Shown piece by piece: positions 53,746 to 64,000 of a DNA stretch of 64,000 nt; position 1 is the stretch's first letter; each line of letters opens with the position of its first letter. The DNA comes from a virus (taxonomy: Duplodnaviria > Caudoviricetes). The stretch spans positions 104,790-168,789 of IMG/VR virus record IMGVR_UViG_3300014202_000529. One strand, written 5' to 3'. The notes under the pieces are model-generated. The model was not told the DNA's origin and did no database searches. It worked only from the letters and a program-made list of their open reading frames with translations. Both the position numbers and the translations under genes were made by a program.

Positions 53746-55449
53746 TTAGCGTTTACGAGCAAAACTCTTAGAAACTTCCCTGTCCAACCCAGGGGTCATG
53801 GATTCTGTTGACTTCTCTTCTCCGTCTGTGGTGTTATCCACAGGGGTTGGTGTGGGTCCGGTAGGTGTCGCTCCGTCCTGTCCACCCTGTTCCAATCCAT
53901 TCTGCTGGCTTCCGTCTGGTCCCATCATAGGGAGAGGAAGTTCCCCACTTTCCTTTTCTTCATCTATTTCCTTCTTCATCTGGTCAACTTCTTCTTCGCT
54001 CAAACGGAGAATGTTTCTCTTGACCCATGAATTTGAGTAATAGATGCCGATATATGGTTGCACTTGTGTGAGTAGGGTAACACGTTCACGAACCAACTCA
54101 GCATCGCGCATTTCTGCAAAGTTGTTATCGTTTTTGAATGTGTAGGAAATATGTTCCCTAAACTTCTCCCATTCCTTGATTGAGCAGACACCCTTTAGGA
54201 CAAGCTCTTGCTTCAGTGCTTCATCAAAGATACGACCAAACTTACTGCGTAAACGACTGATAAACTTAAAGAATTTGACCTCATCCCTAGTGATCTCAGT
54301 TACTCGACCCAGACCCACAATACCACCACCAGCGGATTGTGAATCCAAGCGACCAATAGGAACGTTTAGTGACTTGTAGAGAGCTTTCTGGAAGTACTCA
54401 ACATCTTCCATCTTTCCAAGATTTTCACCACCAGGAAGGGTTGTAATTTCGGTTCCCTTTGACCCTTCTCGGCGAGGAAGCCAGAAATCTTCCAGCATGG
54501 AAAGGTGCTTTCTTTCGTCTCTCAATTCACCAGTGTTTGCATCATACACAAGCTTATTGCGATACTTGGTCATGATGTCTTTTACATATTGCTCTGCTTT
54601 TTGTTTTGGAAGGTTACCAACGTCGATATAGAATATCCTTCTCTCTGGTGCGCGGGAAAGACGATAAATGACAACAGCATCTTCAATCATGCGTAGCTGG
54701 TTAAGAGGTTTAATTGCTTTGTGCAACCAACCAATAACCATTGTTGATTTTGCATCCAGGAGTCCAGAGGGAACAAAAATTACAGAATCCGGTGAAATGC
54801 GGGTTCCTTGATTGACCTGTGCGGTATATGCTTGCGCGGTTAACCCACGGTCATTGTACACATAGTACTCTGTGGTTGCTTTGATAACCTCAACCCCACT
54901 CTTAGGATCTCTGTCCTTCATGATTTCACGAACTTTGCGAATTTTACGCGGGTCAATGTATCGAAGTTCCTGAATACCATCTTTAGGACTATCTGTATTC
55001 ACTACTACTTGAAAATACATTCGTCCATCAACGTACCATCGCTTGAATAGGTCTTCTCCTGCATCTTGGAAAGAGAGCATGCTTTTGATTTTTATAAATG
55101 CTGATTCGATGCTCTTCTTGATGTTTTCGGATACGTTTAATTGGGAGAGATTGATGTCAACAATGTTTCCATCAACATCCTGTGTGACTGCTTCGGTGAC
55201 GATTTCTTCGATAGCTTCTGAGCATTCTGGATGGAGAGACATTTCGCGGTAGCGGGTAATAAGTTCAAGTTCATTGCGAACAGAACCTTCCAAGTCCACA
55301 TAGGTGCCGTAATAGGACCCTTGTGTAATGGTGACTGCGCCATCATCAATTTGGTGTTGGGGGATTACGAGAGTTTGTTGATTTGGAGGTTCTACCTTCG
55401 TAACATCTGGTGTTTTGCCGAACGTATAACCAAAGAGAGACCAAGCCAT
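53746..55449 (-). CDS. gp20: Portal vertex protein
   Basis: WYVDGR, YIDPRKI, NQLRMIEDAVVIYRLSRAPERRIFYIDVGNLP, EDFWLPRREG. Confidence 0.98.
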   Translation of the reverse strand: MAWSLFGYTFGKTPDVTKVEPPNQQTLVIPQHQIDDGAVTITQGSYYGTYVDLEGSVRNELELITRYREMSLHPECSEAIEEIVTEAVTQDVDGNIVDINLSQLNVSENIKKSIESAFIKIKSMLSFQDAGEDLFKRWYVDGRMYFQVVVNTDSPKDGIQELRYIDPRKIRKVREIMKDRDPKSGVEVIKATTEYYVYNDRGLTAQAYTAQVNQGTRISPDSVIFVPSGLLDAKSTMVIGWLHKAIKPLNQLRMIEDAVVIYRLSRAPERRIFYIDVGNLPKQKAEQYVKDIMTKYRNKLVYDANTGELRDERKHLSMLEDFWLPRREGSKGTEITTLPGGENLGKMEDVEYFQKALYKSLNVPIGRLDSQSAGGGIVGLGRVTEITRDEVKFFKFISRLRSKFGRIFDEALKQELVLKGVCSIKEWEKFREHISYTFKNDNNFAEMRDAELVRERVTLLTQVQPYIGIYYSNSWVKRNILRLSEEEVDQMKKEIDEEKESGELPLPMMGPDGSQQNGLEQGGQDGATPTGPTPTPVDNTTDGEEKSTESMTPGLDREVSKSFARKR

Positions 55450-55506
55450 AAACAATCCTTTATTTCACAAGTGGATAATCGGTATGGAAGTATATAGTGT
55501 GATTAT

Positions 55507-55528
55507 GTGGGGGTGGTTAGACCCCCAC
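55507..55528 (-). other. Perfect 8-bp hairpin after gp19 (no U-tract; weak terminator or stabiliser)
   Basis: GTGGGGGT-N6-ACCCCCAC. Confidence 0.65.
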
Positions 55529-55538
55529 GGTGATCCAC

Positions 55539-56093
55539 TTATAGAATGACGGTGTTATCTTTTCCAACAGAAGTCCAAGTCTGGTACGCAAGTGTGACGT
55601 TGAACTCTTCGATGGTATCGTTGCTGCCCCAATCCAAATCGATTGGAGAAAGATCAACAGGAAAACAACCATCAAAGGTATACTGTTTTAGAGTATCACC
55701 AGTTTTTCCATACTGCTTAACGATTGCCTGTGTGGTGTATCCTAGAGAATTTCTTGCCCACAGGTCTCGGATGTTGCTGACATGGCGGTTGATACCATTC
55801 ATCCATTTTTCGAATGCGTTACGAACTGAGAAGTCTTCATCGTTGATAATAGAGATATTCCACTCTGGGAATGTTCTGTTACCTGCAAGCTTTGTTTCAC
55901 GACCAAAGTAGAACACCGGCACCTGTCCGATGGTAGACCCAGGTAGTGATGCAGTCTTACACATGAAGGTTAGTTTTCTGTTTGCGTTTTGTGGGTTGAT
56001 AGCTGTCGGAAATACCATTTGAACTTCAAATAGATTTGGACGCGCACCATCACCCTGCAATTGTGATCTAAATTCAAATACGTTGAATGGCAT
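55539..56093 (-). CDS. gp19: Tail tube protein
   Basis: GARPNLFEV, FGRETKLAGNRTF, NDEDF, IEEFNVT. Confidence 0.95.
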   Translation of the reverse strand: MPFNVFEFRSQLQGDGARPNLFEVQMVFPTAINPQNANRKLTFMCKTASLPGSTIGQVPVFYFGRETKLAGNRTFPEWNISIINDEDFSVRNAFEKWMNGINRHVSNIRDLWARNSLGYTTQAIVKQYGKTGDTLKQYTFDGCFPVDLSPIDLDWGSNDTIEEFNVTLAYQTWTSVGKDNTVIL

Positions 56094-56122
56094 AGTAACT
56101 CCTTGTAGATTCTTCCCCTACC

Positions 56123-58018
56123 TTAGAATTTTCCAACAATTTCATCAAACGAAACGCCGGTCCTGACTGCAATAAAGTTCAACTGAATGAAGTTGATACT
56201 GCGAGCAGGCTTGATGTAAATGTCACCGACGAAGCGGTTGCTGTCAATGACTTCTGGTGTGTTGTTTGTAGTATCACAGACAACTCGGAAGTCAAAGATA
56301 CCTCTGCGACCCTGCACGTCTCTTAAGAATGGTTCGACAAATGCAACGAACTGTGCGCGGGTAAATTCATCGTTGAATTCAAACAAGCTGAACTTGGATG
56401 CGCGAGCAATTGCTTTTTCTAGAACAATGAACAAACGACGAACATTGATTCTATCGAATGCACTTGGTTTGCTCTGTAGGGTCTTATCTCCATAAAGAAC
56501 GGTTCCATCACCAGGGAAGGTAACCACTGGGTTGATGCCTGCCTTATAGAGAACATCTCGCTGAGCTTGTGTTGGGTTCCAAGCAAGCTTGACAATGTTT
56601 TTGATCTGTCCACGGTCATAACCTGCGATGGAGAACCAAGGATCTCTTGTGGTATCGGTTCTGACTGCACAACCTGCAATGTCACCATTGAGTGGCAAGT
56701 AACGGAACACATCATTGTACTTGTCGTACTGATATTTCCAGTTACCATCCATGAATGCGTAGCTGGTTGAAGTGATTAAGTTTCTGAAATCGACAACATC
56801 ATCCTGTTCACTTCCTGCATTGTTTACCACTGATGCGCGGGAAGGTGAGAAGAATGCGATAGCGTCTTTGCGAACATTGACCACATTATCAATGACATAG
56901 TTGATAACTGTTGAGCTTGCTTCTCCAAGTGGGAGTAGAGAGACATCAACAACGTCTGCATTGACGTAAAGGTCCCAACCTCGTAGCAAGTCTGCGTCAG
57001 CTACGGCGACATCAAGACCACCACCAAGAGACAAGCTGCGCTTCACAGTTACGTTGGTAAATGTGGTGCCGGGTGCGGTGTTGCCCCAGTTTGTTCCTGC
57101 TGCGTCATGATCTCCCCAATAGATGTAATCAGACTTGTTGAACAACACTGTTGGGTAGTAGATGCTTGATCCGTCGCTGCTCTTTGCGTCGGATGCTTTT
57201 GAAACGAATGCATATTTTTCTAGGACTGTTCCTGGTGTCCCTGCAATATAACCATCCTCATCGATAACAATGATATGGAGTTCGTCGTTGCTACCAAGTT
57301 TTCCTGAAGTGTATGGGGAAGTTCCTGGAGCACTATCAAACTGGTCTGCGAATTCCCACTTACGTAGGATTGATGTGCTTGCACTGACTGCAACGGTCAA
57401 TGCGGTGTTGACAACAATTGCGGTTGCGTTAACTGAGTCAACCTGAACATATGGGTTTGTTCCAACCTTAACATAGTCGCCCTGCTGGACGTATGCCATT
57501 GTGTTTCCGGTTGTGTTGATAACCAAGTCACCAATTGCTGCTGCGTTTGCGGTTGCGCTTGCTTGTGAGGTAACGTTGCTTGCGAATACGTCGGCACTTC
57601 CGCATACCCCAACCTTCAAACTGTTACCAAGGTAACCAGGGTAGCGAGCTGCAAATTCACCAAACGATCCAGCACCAGACAAGTAGCTGTTCTCATATAC
57701 AGTTTCATTTTTAATCTGTAGTGCTGCTTCAGAGTTTGCGGTTGCATTGAATGAACCGGTGTTTGCTGCGCGGGTAACGCGGAGGTTGTTACCATATGCC
57801 AAGAAGTTAGCAGCGGTGAAGAATGATGTAAAGGTATTGGAATCAGGCTTTCCAAACTGTGTTGCTAGCTGTACTTCCTGATCAATAAGAACACGGTCTT
57901 CGACTGGACCCCACTGAAATTGACCTACAAACGCACCACCTGTTGTGGAAACGGTAGGAATAACTGTAGATGCATCGATTTCCGAGATATTTACGCCTGG
58001 TGATAACTGAAATGACAT
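56123..58018 (-). CDS. gp18: Tail sheath protein
   Basis: SPGVNISEID, FQWGP, YDKYND, PWFS, FDRINVRRLF, KPARSINFI. Confidence 0.97.
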   Translation of the reverse strand: MSFQLSPGVNISEIDASTVIPTVSTTGGAFVGQFQWGPVEDRVLIDQEVQLATQFGKPDSNTFTSFFTAANFLAYGNNLRVTRAANTGSFNATANSEAALQIKNETVYENSYLSGAGSFGEFAARYPGYLGNSLKVGVCGSADVFASNVTSQASATANAAAIGDLVINTTGNTMAYVQQGDYVKVGTNPYVQVDSVNATAIVVNTALTVAVSASTSILRKWEFADQFDSAPGTSPYTSGKLGSNDELHIIVIDEDGYIAGTPGTVLEKYAFVSKASDAKSSDGSSIYYPTVLFNKSDYIYWGDHDAAGTNWGNTAPGTTFTNVTVKRSLSLGGGLDVAVADADLLRGWDLYVNADVVDVSLLPLGEASSTVINYVIDNVVNVRKDAIAFFSPSRASVVNNAGSEQDDVVDFRNLITSTSYAFMDGNWKYQYDKYNDVFRYLPLNGDIAGCAVRTDTTRDPWFSIAGYDRGQIKNIVKLAWNPTQAQRDVLYKAGINPVVTFPGDGTVLYGDKTLQSKPSAFDRINVRRLFIVLEKAIARASKFSLFEFNDEFTRAQFVAFVEPFLRDVQGRRGIFDFRVVCDTTNNTPEVIDSNRFVGDIYIKPARSINFIQLNFIAVRTGVSFDEIVGKF

Positions 58019-58080
58019 GGTGTTGACTCCTTAAAAGTGAATAGGCGAGAGCAATCAGATTGATTCGCGTATCATGTGTT

Positions 58081-58088
58081 TATTTATA
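58081..58088 (-). promoter_or_regulatory. Late promoter for gp18-gp19
   Basis: TATAAATA in the gp17-gp18 gap. Confidence 0.85.
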
Positions 58089-58092
58089 TTTT

Positions 58093-59838
58093 CTAGAAGT
58101 TGTACCCTCTTCTGGAGTATTCCTCTAAAAGCTGATCAAGATCTTCTCTTCTGGACCCCTTTGCAGTAACCCAAATGTCTCCGTCCTCGACAAATACCCC
58201 ATCCTCAATACCAGTATCAATGAATCCTGCAGGAACAAGGTCATCCTCGACCATCTGATTCTGTTCTTTTTCTAGGATCTTTCGAAGGTCCATGTTATTA
58301 GGTTGTAAATGACGGATGTATTGTTGCGTCATTAACCATCCAAACATGACCAAACACATCACAAGGTCATCATGGAATCCCTCGTCTGCTTTAAATGTTT
58401 GATTTTGTTGGGTAAATGTGGAGAATTCCGATATGGTTTCGAAATCATTTATGATTAATTTTTTACCTTCTATGAGTAGTTTGAGATTTTGGCATCCAAT
58501 TCTCTTTACCACTTCAGTCATCCTCAGACCAATGCGGATGGACTTCTTATAACCTGAGCTGATCTTTGCTCCATTTTTCGTTGAAGTATCCAATTTAAAG
58601 ACATTTTCATACTCAAGATCGTTGTGCAACATGTCCACAACTTGCTGTCCGTTGTCATTGATTTCGACAAGAACAAATGCTTTATTATACCTGTTCGCTG
58701 CGTTGTAGATAATGTTGGGTAGGATGATTGGTGATATGGTGGAACTCTGGTACCTCGCAACCCCCCTGTACGGCATAACACTAATGTCAATGACCCAAAA
58801 TGCCGATGCGTCCTTGTCCAATCCTCTTGAAGGATCTACGGTGATGATGTAGGTGTGATTTTCCTCTGGGTTCTCATAGACCTTCCAACCCTCTTCCTCT
58901 GCAATGGGTTGCTTCATCGCCATGGTTGCGAGTGTTGCACCATCAATGAGGGTGTCACTAGATCCCATGAATTCACAGAGAACTTCCTGTCTAAACTTCA
59001 TTGAACCAAGTGCTCGTTGTTGTTCCTTGAGCCAGGCTTCATCGCGTCCAGGCATACGGTCCCACTTAAAGAACACTGGTATAAAGTCATTAGACTTAGA
59101 TTCAGCTTCGGTCCAAAATTTATAATAATGATTCATGCCATTCGGTGTCGAAGCAATAAGAATTTTGGTGTGCTTACCTGATGAAATTGTAGGATAGATG
59201 GATGTAAAGAACTCTTCTGCGATGTTGTTGGGCACGTGCGCAAACTCATCCAAGAATACCAAGGACAATGAATAACCTCGAATGGCGCTTGAAGAGGTTG
59301 CGGCAGCAAGAATGCGCGATCCATTCTCTAAAGTGATAGATCGTTTGTTCCATTCAATGATTCCCTGCTGAATCCAGAGGGGAAGGTTTTCGTACATAAG
59401 TTTAACGCGCCCAAGAATTTCTTGAGCTGTGGGAGCTTTGTTTGCCATGATGGCACAGACTTTGTTGTCATGGAATAGCACATACCAAAGGAAGAACCCT
59501 GCTGTGGTGGTAGTTTTTCCCATCTGACGAGGAAGGCGGACAATGACCTTTCTTTCCTCTTGATATATCTTGATAACCTCTTCTTGGTAATCAAACATTT
59601 CAAAATCAATCATACCTCTATCGACATGAATGATCTTGCAGTACTTCTTGATAAAATAAACTGGATCTTTAGAACACTTCAGCCACTCATCAATTTCAGT
59701 TTGACCGAAAGCGTAGTTCACCCCCACAGCCTTCAATCGAGGGTTGTTGAGATAAAACCGTTCGTTAACGGGTTTAATCTTATACGCTGTCGATTTCTTT
59801 TGTTTCGTCTTTTTTGCTGCCGGCACTACTGTTGTCAT
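58093..59838 (-). CDS. gp17: Terminase large subunit
   Basis: RQMGKTT, LDEFAH, STPNG, VDPSRG, HDDLVM. Confidence 0.97.
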   Translation of the reverse strand: MTTVVPAAKKTKQKKSTAYKIKPVNERFYLNNPRLKAVGVNYAFGQTEIDEWLKCSKDPVYFIKKYCKIIHVDRGMIDFEMFDYQEEVIKIYQEERKVIVRLPRQMGKTTTTAGFFLWYVLFHDNKVCAIMANKAPTAQEILGRVKLMYENLPLWIQQGIIEWNKRSITLENGSRILAAATSSSAIRGYSLSLVFLDEFAHVPNNIAEEFFTSIYPTISSGKHTKILIASTPNGMNHYYKFWTEAESKSNDFIPVFFKWDRMPGRDEAWLKEQQRALGSMKFRQEVLCEFMGSSDTLIDGATLATMAMKQPIAEEEGWKVYENPEENHTYIITVDPSRGLDKDASAFWVIDISVMPYRGVARYQSSTISPIILPNIIYNAANRYNKAFVLVEINDNGQQVVDMLHNDLEYENVFKLDTSTKNGAKISSGYKKSIRIGLRMTEVVKRIGCQNLKLLIEGKKLIINDFETISEFSTFTQQNQTFKADEGFHDDLVMCLVMFGWLMTQQYIRHLQPNNMDLRKILEKEQNQMVEDDLVPAGFIDTGIEDGVFVEDGDIWVTAKGSRREDLDQLLEEYSRRGYNF

Positions 59839-60262
59839 GATTATCTTTCATCATTTGTGCGAGTTCTGAGGTTGACCCCACAAATACCGCTTTTTCAATA
59901 TGATTATGAACCTCACCTGGTTGGGTTTCTTCTGTTTGTGTCAACGACTGCTCGTCCGCATGCATCTTCATTAGATCATGGTTAAGTTCTGCAACGGTCT
60001 TAAGAAGGTTAGCAAGTACTTCGTAGGATCTTGGTGAGTTTGATGTTTTTGCAACGACCATCAAATCTGTTATCGCGTTGGTGCCTTGTGCAAGAAGCTG
60101 TCTGATGTTGTTCCTAGAATCTTGTGCGTCCTTTGAAACTGTGTTATTCGCAAGATGAGTGACATCTGGAACAACATCAACTAGTTGTAGGGCTGTGTTG
60201 CTTGCAACATTCGCTTGTGGTACAGGTAGATCTACTTTAAGTATTTCATGTAGTAAGTCCAT
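59780..60262 (-). CDS. gp16: Terminase small subunit
   Basis: SPRSYEV, VFVGSTSEL. Confidence 0.88.
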   Translation of the reverse strand: MDLLHEILKVDLPVPQANVASNTALQLVDVVPDVTHLANNTVSKDAQDSRNNIRQLLAQGTNAITDLMVVAKTSNSPRSYEVLANLLKTVAELNHDLMKMHADEQSLTQTEETQPGEVHNHIEKAVFVGSTSELAQMMKDNHDNSSAGSKKDETKEIDSV

Positions 60263-60277
60263 TGTTCACCTTTCACA

Positions 60278-61330
60278 TTATGATAGTGTATCTGGGAATT
60301 CGGTTATGTGGGTTGTATAACCATAGTCATCTTCTGCTGTTGCAGTGATTGGATTCTGATAAATTCTAATTTCTACATCTTTTTGGTTGACGATTTCTAG
60401 AGAATCGACCACCCAATGTGCAGAGGTATCCAACCCCCATACGTTTGCATTTTGTTTGAGAACCCCGGACATCTCATTGAGATAGAGTGTATTTGAGGTT
60501 GGATTCCATTGATACACAGTTCCTAAGATGCCCAGGTCTGGTTCTCTGATTCTCTCCCCCTCTTTAAAACCAACCACTCCACCACTGACCACAACTTTCT
60601 GTATTTTTTTGTTGTTTGTATCCTGGTAGATATTGACGTAAATACCACCAGTCACGTTCGCATATGAATTTGCACCAGGATCAGAAGCATTCGCAGAAAT
60701 GCTTGTTCCCATGATAATAGATGAGTTGGACAGTGGACCAAACAAGAAGCTTTTCATGGTAAATTGGAAGTCCCACAACACCATACGAGTGCTGCCTTCC
60801 ATCTTACCGTCATATTGATTGTCTTCTGTAACTGACGTTAGTACGACTGGTACGTCTTTAATGACTCCAATTTCTTGTGAAAGGGTCGCCGTAACTGTAT
60901 AATCTGGTTGGAAGAATGGAAGTATCTGCTCGACAACCTGAAGTCCATCTTCAATGTTCCTGACATATAGCCCCAATGAAAAATCAAAATTATATGGGAT
61001 TCCGATGTATTGGGACTGTATCGTAGAGGAACTACTTGTGCCCCTATGTCTAATGGTGCTCTGCTGTCTCCTCGTCGGATCATATTGAAAGGACAGGAGT
61101 TCAAATGACATTCTTGGTAGAGTTGTTTGTACGGATTTGGTTAAGGTTGGGTCCTGATTTAACATCCGTATAAATTTCTCTTTTGGAGAGTAGCTTAGTG
61201 GGACCTTTATCCGTTCTTTCTTTTCGCCGGCATAGGTTTCCCTTACAATGAATAAATCATTGAACAGTGACCCAAACAACACAACATGTTTTCTAATTGT
61301 TCTATGATAGAACGGTTGATGTCCAAGCAT
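60278..61330 (-). CDS. gp15: Tail sheath stabiliser / completion protein
   Basis: FGSLFND, VPLSY.PKEKF, TLPRMSFE, VEQILPFFQP. Confidence 0.92.
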   Translation of the reverse strand: MLGHQPFYHRTIRKHVVLFGSLFNDLFIVRETYAGEKKERIKVPLSYSPKEKFIRMLNQDPTLTKSVQTTLPRMSFELLSFQYDPTRRQQSTIRHRGTSSSSTIQSQYIGIPYNFDFSLGLYVRNIEDGLQVVEQILPFFQPDYTVTATLSQEIGVIKDVPVVLTSVTEDNQYDGKMEGSTRMVLWDFQFTMKSFLFGPLSNSSIIMGTSISANASDPGANSYANVTGGIYVNIYQDTNNKKIQKVVVSGGVVGFKEGERIREPDLGILGTVYQWNPTSNTLYLNEMSGVLKQNANVWGLDTSAHWVVDSLEIVNQKDVEIRIYQNPITATAEDDYGYTTHITEFPDTLS

Positions 61331-62229
61331 TATGGGTTACCAAATGGGTTTTCTTCTGTAAAATCTAAGATCTGATTTGATTCAGTTTCTATAATCTTGT
61401 TATCTGCAGGATCTTCAAATTGGTCTGCAAGTGGTGTATTCGTATCGACGGTGGATACAACCCAAACCGCACCACTGTTTGCACCTATAATATTTGCAGT
61501 GTTGCTGAGATTTCCATTGACCATACTTAAACCAAGTACGAGGTTTGCGGAATCCCATTTGAGAACGGTACCGAATGCGTTTGCTGAACCAAGTGAGCTA
61601 CCTTGGTATGCGATTTCATTGTTAGCTAAGTCGAAATCTCCACTACCACCAGCTTCCAGGGTCAAGAATGTCATTTGGTTTACATCCTCAATTTGACCAT
61701 CAATTTCATCGATGCCAGTATTGATATTCTCATGGGAGAATACGTACTGTTTCATACGAAGGGCAAATACGTAAATGTTTCCGCCGCGCCCCCTACCTAA
61801 TGTGTGGAACATTGCTTGGTTGTTTTCATGCTCCACAAAGGTAATTTCGAAAAAATTCTTCATCATTGGAATGTAGATGATGTCCCCTTCCCTGGGTCTA
61901 GCTAAGGAAGGTAGGACAAACCCAAATCTTCTGCGGGAAACGAGAAGGGTCATTTCGTCTCGTATCTCAAGACCAAATTTAGTGATAAGATCTCCCTCAC
62001 CATCCATTGTGGTGGTGTTTTCAAGATACATTTCTATTGTGTATGCGGAAGTAAACTCTTTAAGCTGTTCTTCGCCCATCAATGGATCGATCTGGTCTCT
62101 GGATTCTCTTGGAAGATAGTAGACATCCATTGAGTGAATCTTGAGGGATTCAATAACAAGATCTTCAACAAGAAGCTGCTCCTGTGTGACGTTTGGTGGG
62201 TAAAAGTTAAAATAGTGATTAGTTGGCAT
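61330..62229 (-). CDS. gp14: Neck protein
   Basis: LVIESL, YYLPRE, KFGLEIRDE, RPREGDIIY.P, DFTEENPFG. Confidence 0.92.
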   Translation of the reverse strand: MPTNHYFNFYPPNVTQEQLLVEDLVIESLKIHSMDVYYLPRESRDQIDPLMGEEQLKEFTSAYTIEMYLENTTTMDGEGDLITKFGLEIRDEMTLLVSRRRFGFVLPSLARPREGDIIYIPMMKNFFEITFVEHENNQAMFHTLGRGRGGNIYVFALRMKQYVFSHENINTGIDEIDGQIEDVNQMTFLTLEAGGSGDFDLANNEIAYQGSSLGSANAFGTVLKWDSANLVLGLSMVNGNLSNTANIIGANSGAVWVVSTVDTNTPLADQFEDPADNKIIETESNQILDFTEENPFGNP

Positions 62230-62233
62230 CAGA

Positions 62234-63199
62234 TTACCCCATCATCATGTCGCCAGGGAGGGTGTTGTAGTTTATAAATTCTTGTTTCATTTTATCTATC
62301 TCTGCAACAGCTTCATCGTAAATTTGCTGCCCATTGAGGGTGATTCCACCTGGCATTTGAACACCATTGAACTTCTTTAAATTGTTCCCCCACTGTCTCT
62401 TGATGTACGCGCAAGCAAGTTCCTTCAGTACGCGGTCATTCCATACATCAGGATTGCTTTCTATATAGGAGCTTGTTGGGGTTTCTTCTACTGCCCAGGT
62501 GGTGGAAACATTCATGCCGTTGTTTGCATGTATTCCAGTGACTATTGTATCATACGTTCCGTTCGCAGTCTCGAATGTCACCACATCGTCTTTGATCAAC
62601 TCTGCATCAAATGATGTGCCAACACCAGTAACCGTATTTGCGCCACCCGTTAAAGTGATGGTTCCAGTCAAAGGAATCCTATCTGGATTGATGAACCCAT
62701 AACATTCGATGATAACATAAGAACCAACTTGAATATCAGACCCCCATTGAACATCCAACATGAGACGGTTTTTATGTCGGTGAAATCTCATTTGTGGACT
62801 ACCGGAAAATAACATATTGAGGGTTCTCAAGTGTTGCATGGTGATGGTATATGGGACATAAGAAACGGATGTGAAATCGTAGAGGTCATGCAACCTGAGC
62901 TGGTAGCGAAGATCGAACATATTAGCGGATGCCCCAGAACCGTCAAAGTCCAAGACTCCAGTTACACCAATGATTCGATCAGGAATCAGGATGTAGCGTC
63001 TGGTCATATCTTGTTCGGTGATCTGGTGCTTGAGATAGATTTTTTCTGTGCCATCATAGTGGTAATCTTGCCACAGTTCTAGGGCTTCATCAACTCGATC
63101 ATTTGCTTGATCATCGTCAACGTTTATTTCAATGACTGGGTGCCCAAGTTGTCTCTTGCAATATTCTATAAATTGCGCTCTTGTTCTAGGTATTGACAT
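62234..63199 (-). CDS. gp13: Neck protein
   Basis: LGHPVIEINV, YHYDG, KRQWGNNLKKF.G...PGG..LNG. Confidence 0.93.
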   Translation of the reverse strand: MSIPRTRAQFIEYCKRQLGHPVIEINVDDDQANDRVDEALELWQDYHYDGTEKIYLKHQITEQDMTRRYILIPDRIIGVTGVLDFDGSGASANMFDLRYQLRLHDLYDFTSVSYVPYTITMQHLRTLNMLFSGSPQMRFHRHKNRLMLDVQWGSDIQVGSYVIIECYGFINPDRIPLTGTITLTGGANTVTGVGTSFDAELIKDDVVTFETANGTYDTIVTGIHANNGMNVSTTWAVEETPTSSYIESNPDVWNDRVLKELACAYIKRQWGNNLKKFNGVQMPGGITLNGQQIYDEAVAEIDKMKQEFINYNTLPGDMMMG

Positions 63200-63216
63200 A
63201 GATTCCTCAAAGTGTG

Positions 63217-63351
63217 TTATCTTAACGTAATAACAATCGCATCATTTTGACCACTAGAAACACTCCTAGCAATCACTGTTTCGGGTCTACTGCCCCTAGC
63301 TTGAACAATCACTTGGGGTGGTGTTACGACGATAACTTTATAAGGAGTCAT
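63217..63351 (-). CDS. Small hypothetical protein (44 aa)
   Basis: Manual translation MTPYKVIVVTPPQVIVQARG...ITLR; TAATG coupling to the upstream gene. Confidence 0.5.
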   Translation of the reverse strand: MTPYKVIVVTPPQVIVQARGSRPETVIARSVSSGQNDAIVITLR

Positions 63352-63680
63352 TATTCCGTAACTCCAGGGTTTACAACAATAATACCCTCTATGACCCTCT
63401 GGACAGACCCATCAAGAGACAATTTGACATCATAGACATACCTGCCGGGAACTAAGTTCGCGGTATTTGTGGAAGTCATACTTAATGTTATGACACCATT
63501 TGGAGCGTCTGTGATTGTCGTATCTACGGTGTTTGCAGAGGTTGAGTAGTAGGATCTCTTCATAGATGTATTCGCAACCCCACCGACCAAATTCTGGATT
63601 GCGCCAGTAGCAGTCTTGAGAACAATTGTTCTTGAGAAAGTTGCGAACTGCTCGATTTCTAAGGGAAGATAACCTGCCAT
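63351..63680 (-). CDS. Small virion structural protein (Ig-like/BppU-like)
   Basis: IEQFATF, GRYVYDV, RVIEGIIVVNPGVT. Confidence 0.75.
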   Translation of the reverse strand: MAGYLPLEIEQFATFSRTIVLKTATGAIQNLVGGVANTSMKRSYYSTSANTVDTTITDAPNGVITLSMTSTNTANLVPGRYVYDVKLSLDGSVQRVIEGIIVVNPGVTE

Positions 63681-63712
63681 AATACACCTTTCTTAGGATA
63701 AGTGGTACCGAG

Positions 63713-63720
63713 TATTTATG
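63713..63720 (-). promoter_or_regulatory. Late promoter variant
   Basis: CATAAATA 32 nt upstream of the 109-aa gene. Confidence 0.55.
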
Positions 63721-63723
63721 TGT

Positions 63724-63999
63724 TTAGAATCTAATGCTTGTGATGTAGTATGACTGACCATTGACTGCAATGGTGGTTGCCTCTCTGGCAAGCATCACCT
63801 GTAGATCCGACAAATCAATTTCTGGTGTGATGAACAATTGCTGCTGTCTGGACTCTTCTGGATAGAATGGTCTCAGTGGTGCATAGGTGATTGCACCTGT
63901 AAGTGCAGAAAAGGTTATAAATGGTGTGTATCTGACCAAATCGGCATTACAAATAATACTGAATCTTGCTAAACATGGAACTGGGGGGACTGTGTTTTT
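63724..63999 (-). CDS. C-terminal part of a hypothetical protein (truncated by the window edge)
   Basis: Reading frame stays open to the window end. Confidence 0.55.
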   Translation of the reverse strand, partial: KNTVPPVPCLARFSIICNADLVRYTPFITFSALTGAITYAPLRPFYPEESRQQQLFITPEIDLSDLQVMLAREATTIAVNGQSYYITSIRF

Positions 64000-64000
64000 C

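Noticed and set aside
20068-59838. Inteins or introns in gp41, gp43, uvsW, gp17, gp20 or gp23
   Set aside because: All are continuous ORFs of ordinary length with no splicing motifs seen
246-63435. Numerous plus-strand ORFs of 60-175 aa in the ORF track
   Set aside because: They lie antisense to well-supported minus-strand genes and show no recognisable motifs; treated as shadow ORFs
1-64000. Stop-codon reassignment
   Set aside because: Core genes are full length in the standard code, and TAA, TAG and TGA all end genes

Overview
This 64-kb window is a slice of a large T4-like myophage genome. Essentially all real genes lie on the minus strand, in the standard genetic code. Reading in the direction of transcription (right to left): neck, tail and packaging genes (gp13-gp19); portal, prohead core, protease and capsid (gp20-gp23); gp3-uvsY-uvsW-gp55-gp47-gp46; an early block with near-consensus sigma70 promoters (peptide deformylase, vWA, SLOG, DNA methyltransferase-like, CobT/CobS-like pair, dCMP deaminase, dNMP kinase); the replisome (gp45-gp44-gp62-regA, gp43, uvsX, gp41); a ~7.5-kb glycosyl/methyltransferase cluster; a late block of probable head-packaged proteins; then primase, thyX and the start of a ribonucleotide reductase. 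I saw no tRNA, CRISPR array, intron or intein. Three signals stand out. (1) An ORF-free ~430-nt element packed with hairpins at 27.47-27.90 kb, downstream of a leaderless 99-aa gene (candidate new ncRNA or structured origin). (2) Modular proteins punctuated by gp21 protease-type [ILV]-x-E sites and capsid-targeting-like motifs, including a ParB/nucleotidyltransferase/P-loop-kinase fusion (candidate injected polyproteins). (3) A glycosylation cluster together with N-x-S/T-rich structural proteins (candidate virion N-glycosylation system). All calls come from motif recognition by eye; no database searches were run.
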